From Lingula anatina (taxonomy: Eukaryota > Animalia > Brachiopoda): 64,000 nucleotides of DNA. Within the stretch, counting starts at the first letter, position 1. Each line of letters begins with the position of its first letter. A program made the position numbers and the translations under genes. The stretch is from positions 14,482,644 through 14,546,643 of the forward strand of contig CM120643.1 of the NCBI GenBank assembly GCA_051362555.1, given 5' to 3'. Below the pieces are notes generated by a model, which did no database searches, was not told where the DNA came from, and saw only the letters and a list, made by a program, of their open reading frames with translations. This document shows positions 63,066 through 64,000 of this stretch, in pieces.

Positions 63066-63734
63066 GTTGAAAAGTGCATGACGGAGGTCCATCTTTGCTG
63101 GTATCTCGATCGCCTGGTCAGGGTAGAAGTACACAGGGCGTGCATAAAGTAAACTTAGACCGGCGTCTTTTACATGACCAGTTTCGACAAATAACTTAAT
63201 GGACTTAGTGCTAGTAACTTCATTTCTCCAAAGATCGTGATTTGGGTTTTTAATACATCCCTTGTGACCATCAATTATCTCGTACCTGAAATGAAGGAAT
63301 TGATTGAAAAATTGCGTTTTTCTGTCAAATGAATCCATGATTTTATTTTAAGCCAGGTATAAATAAACGCAACCTAAACTTTCAAACCAAAAAATTTGCT
63401 GTCTTTTTACCCAGAAAGATCAGTAATAATCCATTTATTGATGATGTACAGACTGTGTTACAAAATGTGGTTGATCGATTCAGACCAATAGATATTTTTT
63501 TCAACTATACTACAAATGAATTAACCAAATCAAAGTAAGCTACTTTTTGCATTGATGCCTTTGGGAATTCAGACTAATTTATTCCAGGACTGCACAAAGA
63601 TAATAAGTATTTTACCATGGTAAAAAGAATGCACGTAGAATTTAACTTTTCGATTAGAATAGTTTTGTACCCCCAAAACCCTACAAAGTGTAGAGATTTT
63701 TCTTACTGTTTTTTATTCATTTTCAATCTATTGT

Positions 63735-63736
63735 AT

Positions 63737-63780
<44 letters not shown>
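63735..63780. repeat. (ATTT)n microsatellite
   Basis: Directly visible. Confidence 0.85.
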
Positions 63781-63781
<1 letters not shown>

Positions 63782-64000
63782 GACTTTAAGATGCTTTAAG
63801 ATGGCTTTACTCGGCAAGACTCGTGTCAGCTCTAGCTTCTGTTAACACCAGTGGATGTAATTATACTTTTAAATTGTAGCCATTAAGACTGTGAAAGTGA
63901 CAATACTTTTCCACAGGACAAGAAATTGAGCCAATAACGTTGAGAAAAAAAGAGCGATTGCAAATGACACAAAAATTATTTATGGCTTTTGCTCTAACCA

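Overview
AT-rich, intron-containing genomic DNA from an invertebrate animal. A lophotrochozoan such as a mollusc is plausible, but the taxon cannot be established from the sequence. Bases ~250-16,700 hold a complete mitochondrial leucyl-tRNA synthetase gene (LARS2, + strand). I reconstructed 23 coding exons by hand (~918 aa, HMGH and KMSKS motifs, one GC-AG intron) behind a housekeeping-type, possibly bidirectional promoter. Bases ~17,200-59,800 hold a cluster of five secreted-protein genes that the ORF track shows only as fragments. After splicing, four of them join a signal peptide and a gene-specific N-terminal block (Tyr/Gly-rich low complexity in genes A, C and D) to a galaxin-like 6-Cys module (C-x11-CC-x11/12-CC-x11-13-C). 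The join is always a phase-2 intron placed one base before the codon of the first Cys. Module counts are 3, 0, 2, 1 and 6 across genes A-E. One gene (~1,523 aa) is an acidic block / Cys module / basic block polyampholyte. The cluster looks like a modular kit for an extracellular material (biomineral matrix, cuticle, adhesive or egg coat); that function is inferred, not shown. Intergenic and intronic DNA carries several MITE families, a decayed LINE reverse-transcriptase fragment, palindromes and microsatellites. No rRNA, tRNA or CRISPR features were seen.
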